Source: an uncultured Alphaproteobacteria bacterium
GTDB lineage: Bacteria; Pseudomonadota; Alphaproteobacteria; Rhizobiales; Beijerinckiaceae
Assembly (NCBI GenBank): GCA_963782255.1
Contig: CAWAIS010000002.1
Location: 998,557 to 1,062,556 of the forward strand
Reading direction: 5' to 3'
DNA length: 64,000 nt
Shown: positions 38,720 through 46,523 of the stretch, piece after piece
Position numbering within the stretch: the stretch's first letter is position 1
Layout: each line of letters begins with the position of its first letter
Translations under genes and position numbers: made by a program
The notes under the pieces: generated by a model
Databases searched by the model: none
What the model was told of the DNA's origin: nothing
The model's input: only the letters and a program-made list of their open reading frames with translations

Positions 38720-39522
38720 ATGCACATTGCAATCGACGATACATATGGACCGATTGGCCCGACAAAGTCGAAGTATGTTTCAGGTGCGCGCCGGACCCAT
38801 ATTGCCGTCGTTTTTTCAGACGATGGGGTTGAAGATGTCCGCACTCAAATTCGAAATTGTCTTGAGCTTACGTCGGAATACTTGCCCCTGCCGCCGAGGG
38901 AATTCCATTTTGCTGATATATATAACCGCGTTGGACCGTGGAAGTTACTAAATGGTCATGTAAACCTCGGTATAATTGAGGCTTTTTGTCATATTTACTC
39001 GCTGTATAGGTGGCCCGTAATCATACAGACTATTGATGACCGCACTCTTAGGGACCATGGTATTAAGGGTTACAAAGGCGTTGTAGATGGACTTGATTTA
39101 TCCAACAGACATGACCTGTCTTTGATGTGGTTATGTATAAAAATAAAGCTCAAGTTTAATAAGGAGCCAACACCGTTGGCCCTCATAGTTGACGAGGGCC
39201 AAAAAAGAGCGGAGCGGAATTTGGGAAGCAAATATTCCACAATTGGAAGGGCCCATACCAAGGACGTTACATGTCATCTTCGCAGGAACCTCTCCTTTAG
39301 ATCGCGGACCTACTCGCTTTCTGCATTAATCGAAATACCCATTTAGCAATGAAAGAGAATAGAACTGAGACCGACACCGAATTTATGCGTATCGTGGCAA
39401 GCATGAGGATATGCAGCGATGATATCTCTCCGATGCTTCTTCCCATAGGCTTCACTCCAGCAGATTTCGACAAATTCCATGCTACGGATCGCTTTCTTAA
39501 GGGCCTTAAAGACGACCGTTAG
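38720..39522 (+). pseudogene. DUF3800-like gene disrupted by a frameshift and an in-frame TAG
   Basis: ATG at 38720 (MHIAIDDTYGP...REFHFADIYN...LALIVDEGQK). The family C-terminus (SSSQEPLL, stop, then IADLLAFCINR...) lies in the -1 frame from about 39193. A TAG at 39298-39300 sits where the family has Gln. The stop is at 39520-39522. This is the lowest-GC stretch in the window by eye. Confidence 0.7.
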
Positions 39523-39620
39523 TTAGGAGCACCGATGGTGCTCAAAGAAGCGCCAGATCGCTCCTGACCTCGACTCTGTCGTTGACGAGGCGGTCAACTG
39601 CCGGAACCAACATCTGCTTT

Positions 39621-39635
39621 GGGTCGATTCCGGCC
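39621..39635. repeat. Right copy of the direct repeat GGGTCGATTCCGGCC
   Basis: Exact 15-nt match to 38545-38559, followed by the hairpin CCGGCC-gtccgtt-GGCCGG. Confidence 0.8.
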
Positions 39636-39681
39636 GTCCGTTGGCCGGTCCGGCAGGATATCAAGTGTTGGATTCTGACCG

Positions 39682-40956
39682 CTAGCCGCTTCGCGAGCCG
39701 CGCCGCATCGGCCCGGACTTCTCCGCCAGCGGTGCGGAGCTTGCGACCGCCATAGCGCTCTCTTCGCCAGCCGCAGGTCGGCCCTTCCGGCCGGGCTCGT
39801 CAGTCGTCTCTCGCTCCGCATAGAGGCGCGCCAACTCGCGGCCGAGACGTTCGATCGCTTCGCGCAACGCGGAGTCGCCGCCATTTTCGCTTATGGACGA
39901 GCCGATCGCCGCGACCTTGGCGCGAAGAGCGTCGTTTTCCCGTTTGAGCGCCTCGCGATCGGCGCGCGCCGCGTGAAGCTCCCCGTCCGTCGCGGCGGGG
40001 GCGGCGTCCAAGCTCTGGCCGTCAAGCGCAGCCGCCTTCTCGGAGGCGCGAGCGTCGGCGCCGGCGGCGGTCGGGCGCGCCTCGAATTCCGCGGCCTTTG
40101 CCTGCGCATCCTTCAACGCCGCGTCTTTGTCGGCGAGTGCCGCGAGCAGGCGGCTGTTCTCGAGCAGGGTCCCTTCCCGCACCCGATCGCTCGCCGCGAT
40201 CTGCGACTCGAGCTCGATCAGCCTTCTTCGGCTCTCGTCGTGATCGGCGGCGCCGCGCGACAGGCGCTCCGCGAGACGATCGTTCCTGGCGACCGCCTCG
40301 CGAAGGCGCACCTCGAGCGCGCGGACCTTCGCTCGCTCGTCTTCCAGCGACCGATTGAGCTGGGCGCGCGCCGATTCCGCCTTTTCGGCCCTGTGCGACA
40401 GGTCTTCGATCAGGCCTTCCAAATTTTCCTCACGCGCCGCCAAAATGGCGGCTCTCGCCCTGTCCCTGCTCGCCTGCGCCTCGAGCTCCAGCCGGCGGGC
40501 CGTCGCGGCGGCTTCGATGACGGCGGCTCGATCCCGTTGGCTGAATGCGTCGTGGAGAGCGATCTGGCTCGCGGCCAGCGCGGCCTCCATATCGCGGCGC
40601 TCGGAGGCCAGCCTGTCGATTTCCGAGGCTTGATCGAGGATCGTCCGGCCCTGCCCGGAGGCGCCGGACTCGAGTTCGATCAGCTTGACCGCGTATTTGC
40701 CGAGTCCGGCGCGCAGTTCGACAGACGCCCTCTCCGCGCGAGCGGCGCGGCGTTCAAGCTGATGACGTTCGACCGCGAATTGAGCCCTGAGCGCATCGCG
40801 CTCCGCCGCGGCCTGCCTTTCGCCGACCGGCGCCTGGAGCGAGGCGCGCGCTCGCGACAGGCGCATCGCGCGGCGGGAAATTACAGGTATCCCGAGAACC
40901 GCTGCCAGCGAAGCTGCGAGGAACCCAGCCGCGAAGAAGAACGCCTGCTCGATCAA
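39682..40956 (-). CDS. Membrane-anchored coiled-coil protein (function unknown)
   Basis: 424 aa with an N-terminal transmembrane helix (MIEQAFFFAAGFLAASLAAVLGIPVI), then long Ala/Arg/Glu/Leu heptad-like sequence. Confidence 0.65.
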   Translation of the reverse strand: MIEQAFFFAAGFLAASLAAVLGIPVISRRAMRLSRARASLQAPVGERQAAAERDALRAQFAVERHQLERRAARAERASVELRAGLGKYAVKLIELESGASGQGRTILDQASEIDRLASERRDMEAALAASQIALHDAFSQRDRAAVIEAAATARRLELEAQASRDRARAAILAAREENLEGLIEDLSHRAEKAESARAQLNRSLEDERAKVRALEVRLREAVARNDRLAERLSRGAADHDESRRRLIELESQIAASDRVREGTLLENSRLLAALADKDAALKDAQAKAAEFEARPTAAGADARASEKAAALDGQSLDAAPAATDGELHAARADREALKRENDALRAKVAAIGSSISENGGDSALREAIERLGRELARLYAERETTDEPGRKGRPAAGEESAMAVASSAPLAEKSGPMRRGSRSG

Positions 40957-41054
40957 ACTTGCCCATGTCCAACGTCAAGGCCGTAAAATCATATTCGCAC
41001 AACGTCAGGCCGCTGCCTAGCCAAACGCGCGAGAACAAGAAACGGCGGCTTCCG

Positions 41055-41624
41055 TCAGAAAGGATTCCAGGTTGGCTCACCGGTAAACTTGAGGTAGCTG
41101 ACGTTGACTCCGAGCCGCCACCCGAGACCCGTTCGGATCGGCACGACGACGACGTCTTCCGCATTGAGGGCGGTGAAGCCGAAACCGCCGACGAAATAAG
41201 CCGACCCGTCGACGCCGCCGAAGCGGCGATAGATCGCGCCGACCGCCGGCAGGTTGTAGACCAGCATCATCGTCCGGTCGCCGTCCCCGCCGGCGTCGAA
41301 GCCGATGGACGGGCCCTGCCAATAGACGGGCCGTTGGCCCACATTTCTCGTGTACATTTTGCCCTCGCCATAGCGAAGGCCGCCGATGAAGGCGCCCGAG
41401 GCTTCCTGGCCAAGGACGTATGCGTTGGGCAATCCCCATCGCCGGCCGGCTTCCTGCACCACTTCCGCCAATCCGCGCGACACGCTGCCAAAGAAGCGGT
41501 GGCCGTTGTCGACAATTTCTTCCGGCGAAAACTTTTCGGGCGTGTCCGCGCGGGCGCGCGAGGCTATCGGAAGCGCGGCCAGGGCCAGGGCCGACAAGAG
41601 TTCTCGACGCGTTACGATCGTCAT
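41055..41624 (-). CDS. DUF1134-domain periplasmic protein (EipA-like)
   Basis: ATG at 41624 with a Tat-like signal TRRELLSALALAALPIASRARA. GQEASGAFIGGLRYGEGKMY...GPSIGFDAGGDG is typical of DUF1134. Confidence 0.78.
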   Translation of the reverse strand: MTIVTRRELLSALALAALPIASRARADTPEKFSPEEIVDNGHRFFGSVSRGLAEVVQEAGRRWGLPNAYVLGQEASGAFIGGLRYGEGKMYTRNVGQRPVYWQGPSIGFDAGGDGDRTMMLVYNLPAVGAIYRRFGGVDGSAYFVGGFGFTALNAEDVVVVPIRTGLGWRLGVNVSYLKFTGEPTWNPF

Positions 41625-41755
41625 CAAGGCGCCCCTCTGGCTCAACTGCTGAGCGATGATCCCGTCCGAAGTCGAATCGGCGTGACCCCATGGACACGGA
41701 AACAACTTCGCGCTGCTTTACGACGCGATATTGCGACGCGCGCGTTAATGCACTG

Positions 41756-42601
41756 TTAACGTAAAGCGAATTTGCAGGCCGCCGTCGGATCGCCCCAGGC
41801 GACGAACGCGCCGTTGCGCAACGCCTTGTCGGTTTTTCCATAAGCGAGGGCGGCCCCGGACGCGTCGAGGACGATCCCGCCGGCCGCGCGCAACACCGCA
41901 TCGCCTGCCGCGGTGTCCCATTCCATCGTCGGCCCGCAGCGGGGATAGACATCCGCCGCCCCCTCCGCGATGAGGCAGAACTTGAGCGACGAGCCCCTCG
42001 AGCGTCGTTCGGCGATTGGCAGGCGCTCGAGAAACGCCTCGGTCTCCGCATCGCAGTGCGAGCGGCTCGCGACGGCGATGAGATCGCTCGGCGCGGGCCG
42101 CGTGCATATCCTGCGGGCGTTTCCCCCGGGCGTGAGAGCGCCGAGCGGCGCGTCGCAAACGAAGGCTTGGCGCGCGCCGTACCACAGCGTCGCGATCGCG
42201 GGAGCGTAGACGGCCCCGGCGACCGGCCGACCGCCTTCGACGAGCGCGACATTGATCGTGAATTCGCCGTTATGCGCAAGAAATTCGCGTGTCCCGTCGA
42301 GCGGATCGATCAGGAAAAAACGGTCCGCAATCGAGACCGCTTTGCCCGCGCAAACGGCCTCTTCGGCGACGATTGGAATCGTCGGAGCCGCGCGCTCGAG
42401 AAGTGCGGAAATGACGGCTTCGGCTCGCTCGTCGGCGAGCGTCACCGGACTTCCGTCGCTCTTGGTCCAGGCGCGCCCGTCTTTCTCATAGATGTCCATC
42501 ACGGCTGGTCCGGCGGCAAGAGCCGCCTCAGCGAGAAAAACCGCGACTTCGCCGGGCGCGGCGCGGTCAAAAGGAAACAAGCCATTGTCCAGTCGGCCCA
42601 T
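41756..42601 (-). CDS. cysQ: 3'(2'),5'-bisphosphate nucleotidase (inositol monophosphatase family)
   Basis: FLIDPLDGTREF and WDTAAGDAVL motifs. Confidence 0.85.
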   Translation of the reverse strand: MGRLDNGLFPFDRAAPGEVAVFLAEAALAAGPAVMDIYEKDGRAWTKSDGSPVTLADERAEAVISALLERAAPTIPIVAEEAVCAGKAVSIADRFFLIDPLDGTREFLAHNGEFTINVALVEGGRPVAGAVYAPAIATLWYGARQAFVCDAPLGALTPGGNARRICTRPAPSDLIAVASRSHCDAETEAFLERLPIAERRSRGSSLKFCLIAEGAADVYPRCGPTMEWDTAAGDAVLRAAGGIVLDASGAALAYGKTDKALRNGAFVAWGDPTAACKFALR

Positions 42602-42686
42602 CAGCTTCTCTTTTCTCTCGCGCCACGCCTCGCGGGCCGACCGGCTTCATGCAAGGTGTCGTCGCCGATGAGCGAATCGGATAGAC

Positions 42687-43448
42687 ATGGGGCTTGGCTT
42701 TCGATTCGTCGAGTCGGCCGCGCGGGCCGGATCAGGCACTGATCATAGGACTTGCCGTTTGACAACCGTCGCCCTCGCTCCATTAGACCTCGCAGCGCTC
42801 CTCTGTTCGCGCGTGTGCCATGACGTAATCGGTCCCGTCGGGGCGATCATCAACGGCCTCGAAGTGCTTGACGGCGAAGAGGACGACGAGATGCGTTCGA
42901 TCGCCATGGACCTCATCAAGAAGAGCGCGGCCTCCGCCTCCACCCGGCTGCAGTTCTGCCGGCTGGCTTTTGGCGCGGCCGGTTCGCTGACTGCGGCGAT
43001 CGACACCGGAGACGCCGAGAACGCCGCCCGCGCGCTCATCGCCAACGATCGCACCAGCCTGCGCTGGAACGCATCGCGCCAGCTGGCCCCGAAGAACATG
43101 GTGAAGCTCATGCTCAACATGTGTCTTATCGCCGCCGGCTGCGTGCCCCGGGGAGGCGCCGTCACAGTCGAATTTGAAGGCGAAGCCGATCGGACGATCC
43201 GTGTGGAGGCGAACGGGCCAAACGCCAAATTGCCGCATTCCGCCGCGGCGATTCTTACCCAGGACGCTGCGGACATGGTCGATGCGCATTCGATCCAGTC
43301 TTACTACGCCGCGCTCCTGGCCCGGGAATGCGGCATGACGATCGAGGCCCTGAGCTCGCTGGAAGCCGTCATATTGAAAGCCGCGCCGGCAGGGGTAAAT
43401 TTGGACGGCGCGCCCGCGAGCGCAGCGGCAAAACCGGCCGTCGTCTAG
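42687..43448 (+). CDS. chpT: Histidine phosphotransferase ChpT
   Basis: LAALLCSRVCHDVIGPVGAIINGLEVL (phospho-His region) and a degenerate HATPase-like C-terminal domain. The start is uncertain: ATG 42687 or TTG 42759. Confidence 0.8.
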   Translation: MGLGFRFVESAARAGSGTDHRTCRLTTVALAPLDLAALLCSRVCHDVIGPVGAIINGLEVLDGEEDDEMRSIAMDLIKKSAASASTRLQFCRLAFGAAGSLTAAIDTGDAENAARALIANDRTSLRWNASRQLAPKNMVKLMLNMCLIAAGCVPRGGAVTVEFEGEADRTIRVEANGPNAKLPHSAAAILTQDAADMVDAHSIQSYYAALLARECGMTIEALSSLEAVILKAAPAGVNLDGAPASAAAKPAVV

Positions 43449-43569
43449 CCGGGACGGCGGCTCTTTGGCCGTCTTTAACCGGCTCTGAACCAACTCCATC
43501 CACTCTGGAGAGGGGAGCGGCGGGCTTGGGATCGAAGCGGCGCGCGCGAACCTGGACAGGGCGACGAAC

Positions 43570-43932
43570 GTGGAAGTCATGATTGTGGACGATTCGGCGG
43601 TGGTGCGAAAAGTCGCCCGACGCATCCTCGAGGGCATGAACTTCAACGTGACGGACGTCTCCGGCGGCGCCCAGGCGTTGGCGGCCTGCTCGCTCTCGAT
43701 GCCCGACGCGATCCTCGTCGACGCCAGCATGCCGGAAGTCGACGGCTACGAATTCGTCAAGCGACTCCGGCGGATGCACCACGGCGGGCGTCCGCGGATC
43801 GTGTTTTGCCTATGCGAAAACAGCATCTCACATGTCGCGCGCGCGACCCACTCGGGCGCCAACGACATTTTGCTGAAACCGTTCGATCGCGAGATGATCC
43901 GGTCGAAATTTGCAAAGACCGCGGCCGAATAG
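43570..43932 (+). CDS. Single-domain response regulator (receiver only)
   Basis: MIVDDSAVVRK...ILVDASMPEVDG...LLKPF. The start is GTG 43570 or ATG 43579. Confidence 0.8.
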   Translation: MEVMIVDDSAVVRKVARRILEGMNFNVTDVSGGAQALAACSLSMPDAILVDASMPEVDGYEFVKRLRRMHHGGRPRIVFCLCENSISHVARATHSGANDILLKPFDREMIRSKFAKTAAE

Positions 43933-43945
43933 CGCCGCCATCGTC

Positions 43946-44890
43946 TCAGTCTGTTGCGGGCGGTCCATCGTCGCTGACGACCGGCCCCTCAGCCTCGGAA
44001 TCCCCCTGATTGACGTTGAAGCCGTAGGGCGACCGCAACCGGCGCCGCCTGCCACGCGGACCAAAGCGACCCTCGGCCACGGGCGTTTCGCCATAGGGGG
44101 CCGCCGCATCCGCGACATCAGTCGCTGGGGAATCGTGAGTCGCCGGCGAAACCTGCTCCACCAGCGTCGGCTGCGCGATCTCCGTTTCCGGAGCGTCGAG
44201 TCTAGGACCTGCCGTTATGAAGGAGGGAAGGCTGGGCTGCGCCGCGCCCTCGGGCCCGTTCTCCCGTTGAGGCCCCTGATCGCGATATGGGCGGAATTGC
44301 CCACGGCCTTCTCGATTCTGCCGGTTGAAGTTGTCTTGCCTGTCCCCAAATGCGGGGCGACCGCCCCGGTCGGGAAAGCGATTGCCCTGCCTCTCCTGGC
44401 GGCCGCCGGGAAAGCCGTTGTTCTGGCCGGACCGGTCTTGCTCGAACGGCTGTCTGTCGACGTAAGGTTGGGGCGCGTTCGGCGTGTTCGGCGGATTGGA
44501 ATAAGGGCCTTGCGGCTGGTAGGGCGCGCGCTCCGAGGGCGATGCAAAACGATCCGACATCCCGCCGGACCCTTCGTCATCCTCAAGGTCGTCCCCCTCT
44601 CCCTCCCCTTGCCGCAACTGGCCGCTCTGGGCCAACGCCTGCGCCGCCTGAGCGGCCGCGATCAAGCGGAAGTAATGTTCCGCATGCTGCAGGTAGTTCT
44701 CCGCAGCGACGGGATCGCCGCCGGTATGCGCATCGCGCGCCAACTGCAGATATTTTTCGGCGACGTGATGGGCGTTTCCGCGAATTTTGACGTCAGGACC
44801 GTTCGATTCGTAGGATCGTGTCAGCGGATTGGGGCCGCGGCGGTTGTTCGGCGGTCTGCCGCGCATGCGCTTATTTTGACCTGGTCTCAT
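43946..44890 (-). CDS. DUF4167-domain protein
   Basis: MRPGQNKRMRGRPPNNRRGPNPLTRSYESNGPDVKIRGNAHHVAEKYLQLARDA is the conserved DUF4167 N-terminus. The C-terminus is low-complexity and Gly/Pro/Arg-rich. Confidence 0.85.
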   Translation of the reverse strand: MRPGQNKRMRGRPPNNRRGPNPLTRSYESNGPDVKIRGNAHHVAEKYLQLARDAHTGGDPVAAENYLQHAEHYFRLIAAAQAAQALAQSGQLRQGEGEGDDLEDDEGSGGMSDRFASPSERAPYQPQGPYSNPPNTPNAPQPYVDRQPFEQDRSGQNNGFPGGRQERQGNRFPDRGGRPAFGDRQDNFNRQNREGRGQFRPYRDQGPQRENGPEGAAQPSLPSFITAGPRLDAPETEIAQPTLVEQVSPATHDSPATDVADAAAPYGETPVAEGRFGPRGRRRRLRSPYGFNVNQGDSEAEGPVVSDDGPPATD

Positions 44891-45300
44891 TGGCTATTCC
44901 AGCTGTCAGTTGTGAATCTGCTACCGCGCCAGCCGCGTCGTAGCTCTCTCCCTGCCGCGTCGCCTCGGCGTCGCAGCGCCCCCACCCGTTTCATGGTCGC
45001 CTCGCGCCGGTCGTCGCGCCGCGCCCGACGCGGCCTCTCACGCGCGCACCGGGCTCGCCACTTGGCTTCGGTCGATAGGCCGTTCGACAAGAAACATGAG
45101 CCTAGGCATTCCAACCGAAACGGATGAGTTGGATTCCCGCTCTGCTAATCGGACGCTTTTAGCGCCCTACTCAGCGAACCCGCGATTCGCGCCACTCAGG
45201 CGCCAGCCGATCACAACGCTAAGATAGCGACTTTTCATCCGATCGCCAAGGGAGGTCGAACAAAAATCGGAACGCCAGGCCAGAAAACCTCGCAAACCCG

Positions 45301-45903
45301 TCAGTTCGAAGCCTGTCCGTCGGGAGCTCGATACCCCTTTGGCGGGTCGGTCAGCCATTCGCGATCGGGTTCGGGACCCAACGGCGCACTCTTCTTGCCC
45401 AACCCGACCCAACCCAACGGATTCAACGTGTTCAGGAATGATGAGGAGTGGGTCTCACACTCGCCGTTGGCGCACCCCTCGGCAGGGCCCTGACCGTCGG
45501 CCGCCCGAACCGTGACCGTAGCGTTCGGATCAAACGGATGTGTATAACGCAGCCTCGCGTCTCCCTGCCCCGCGATCTCCTTCTGCGCAACCTCCTTTTT
45601 GGCCTTCTTGCGAAGCGTTTCCTGGTTTACGGGCCACGCTCCGCCCTCGGTCGCCGCGGTTGCGCCGGGCGCGGGAAGATCCATTTTCGGCGGCAGCACG
45701 ATCTTGCCGTGCTCGCGGTATTCAATCGCATCCTTGTCGTCGTCCTTGCTCAGCCCTGTCATTCCGAACAGCGGGCTGAAGACCGATCCAATACCGACCC
45801 ACAGCGGGGCCGCGCCATCGTCGCCGGCATGCGCGCCGGTTGCTCCAAGAGAGATCAGCGCTATCGCGAACGTAAGCGCCGTCCCGCGAAACCCGAGATG
45901 CAT
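45301..45903 (-). CDS. Secreted hypothetical protein
   Basis: 200 aa with signal peptide MHLGFRGTALTFAIALISLGATGAHA. No family recognised. Confidence 0.55.
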   Translation of the reverse strand: MHLGFRGTALTFAIALISLGATGAHAGDDGAAPLWVGIGSVFSPLFGMTGLSKDDDKDAIEYREHGKIVLPPKMDLPAPGATAATEGGAWPVNQETLRKKAKKEVAQKEIAGQGDARLRYTHPFDPNATVTVRAADGQGPAEGCANGECETHSSSFLNTLNPLGWVGLGKKSAPLGPEPDREWLTDPPKGYRAPDGQASN

Positions 45904-46010
45904 GTTCTCTTTCCTTAGGAGGGCGCCATCAAATCGCGACCCCGCCGAAAATGGCTATTCCCTCAAATTTGGACTATTCCATGGCCGCCGCGGCGACATA
46001 CGAGCGCGCG

Positions 46011-46523
46011 TCATTTGAAGCTAGGCGGAATCGGGGTCGGATTGGGGCCGCCCCGCGTTCGCGAGCCGAACGCGAGATCGATCACCAGCAGCGCAACGCC
46101 GATGTTGATGGCCGCGTCGGCGAGATTGAAGACGAAGAAATGCGTGCCCGCCACGTGGAAATCGAGATAATCGACGACGGCGCCGCGCATCGCCCTGTCG
46201 AACGCGTTGCCGAGCGCCCCGCCGATGATCGCGCCAAGCCCGATCGTAACCAAAGACGAACGCGAGCGCGACAGCCACCACGCAAGGAGGCCGGTGGCCG
46301 CAAGCGTCACGACCAGGAGAGCAAAGCGCCCCCTTTCGGTGTCCTGCGAGAAGAAGCTGAAGGAGATGCCGCGATTCCACCGCAGCGCTAGATCGAGAAA
46401 AGGCGCGAGCGGCGAAGACGCGGGCCCGTTCGTCCAGAAATACGAGAGCACAGCCGCCTTTGCCGCCTGGTCCGCGACAAGGACCGCGAGCGCGGTCATA
46501 ACGCCGAGCCCACGCGCGGTCAT
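46011..46523 (-). CDS. lspA: Lipoprotein signal peptidase (signal peptidase II)
   Basis: 170 aa. NRGISFSF and [10 protein letters not shown]...VVDYLDF motifs. Overlaps the ileS stop by 4 nt. Confidence 0.9.
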   Translation of the reverse strand: MTARGLGVMTALAVLVADQAAKAAVLSYFWTNGPASSPLAPFLDLALRWNRGISFSFFSQDTERGRFALLVVTLAATGLLAWWLSRSRSSLVTIGLGAIIGGALGNAFDRAMRGAVVDYLDFHVAGTHFFVFNLADAAINIGVALLVIDLAFGSRTRGGPNPTPIPPSFK

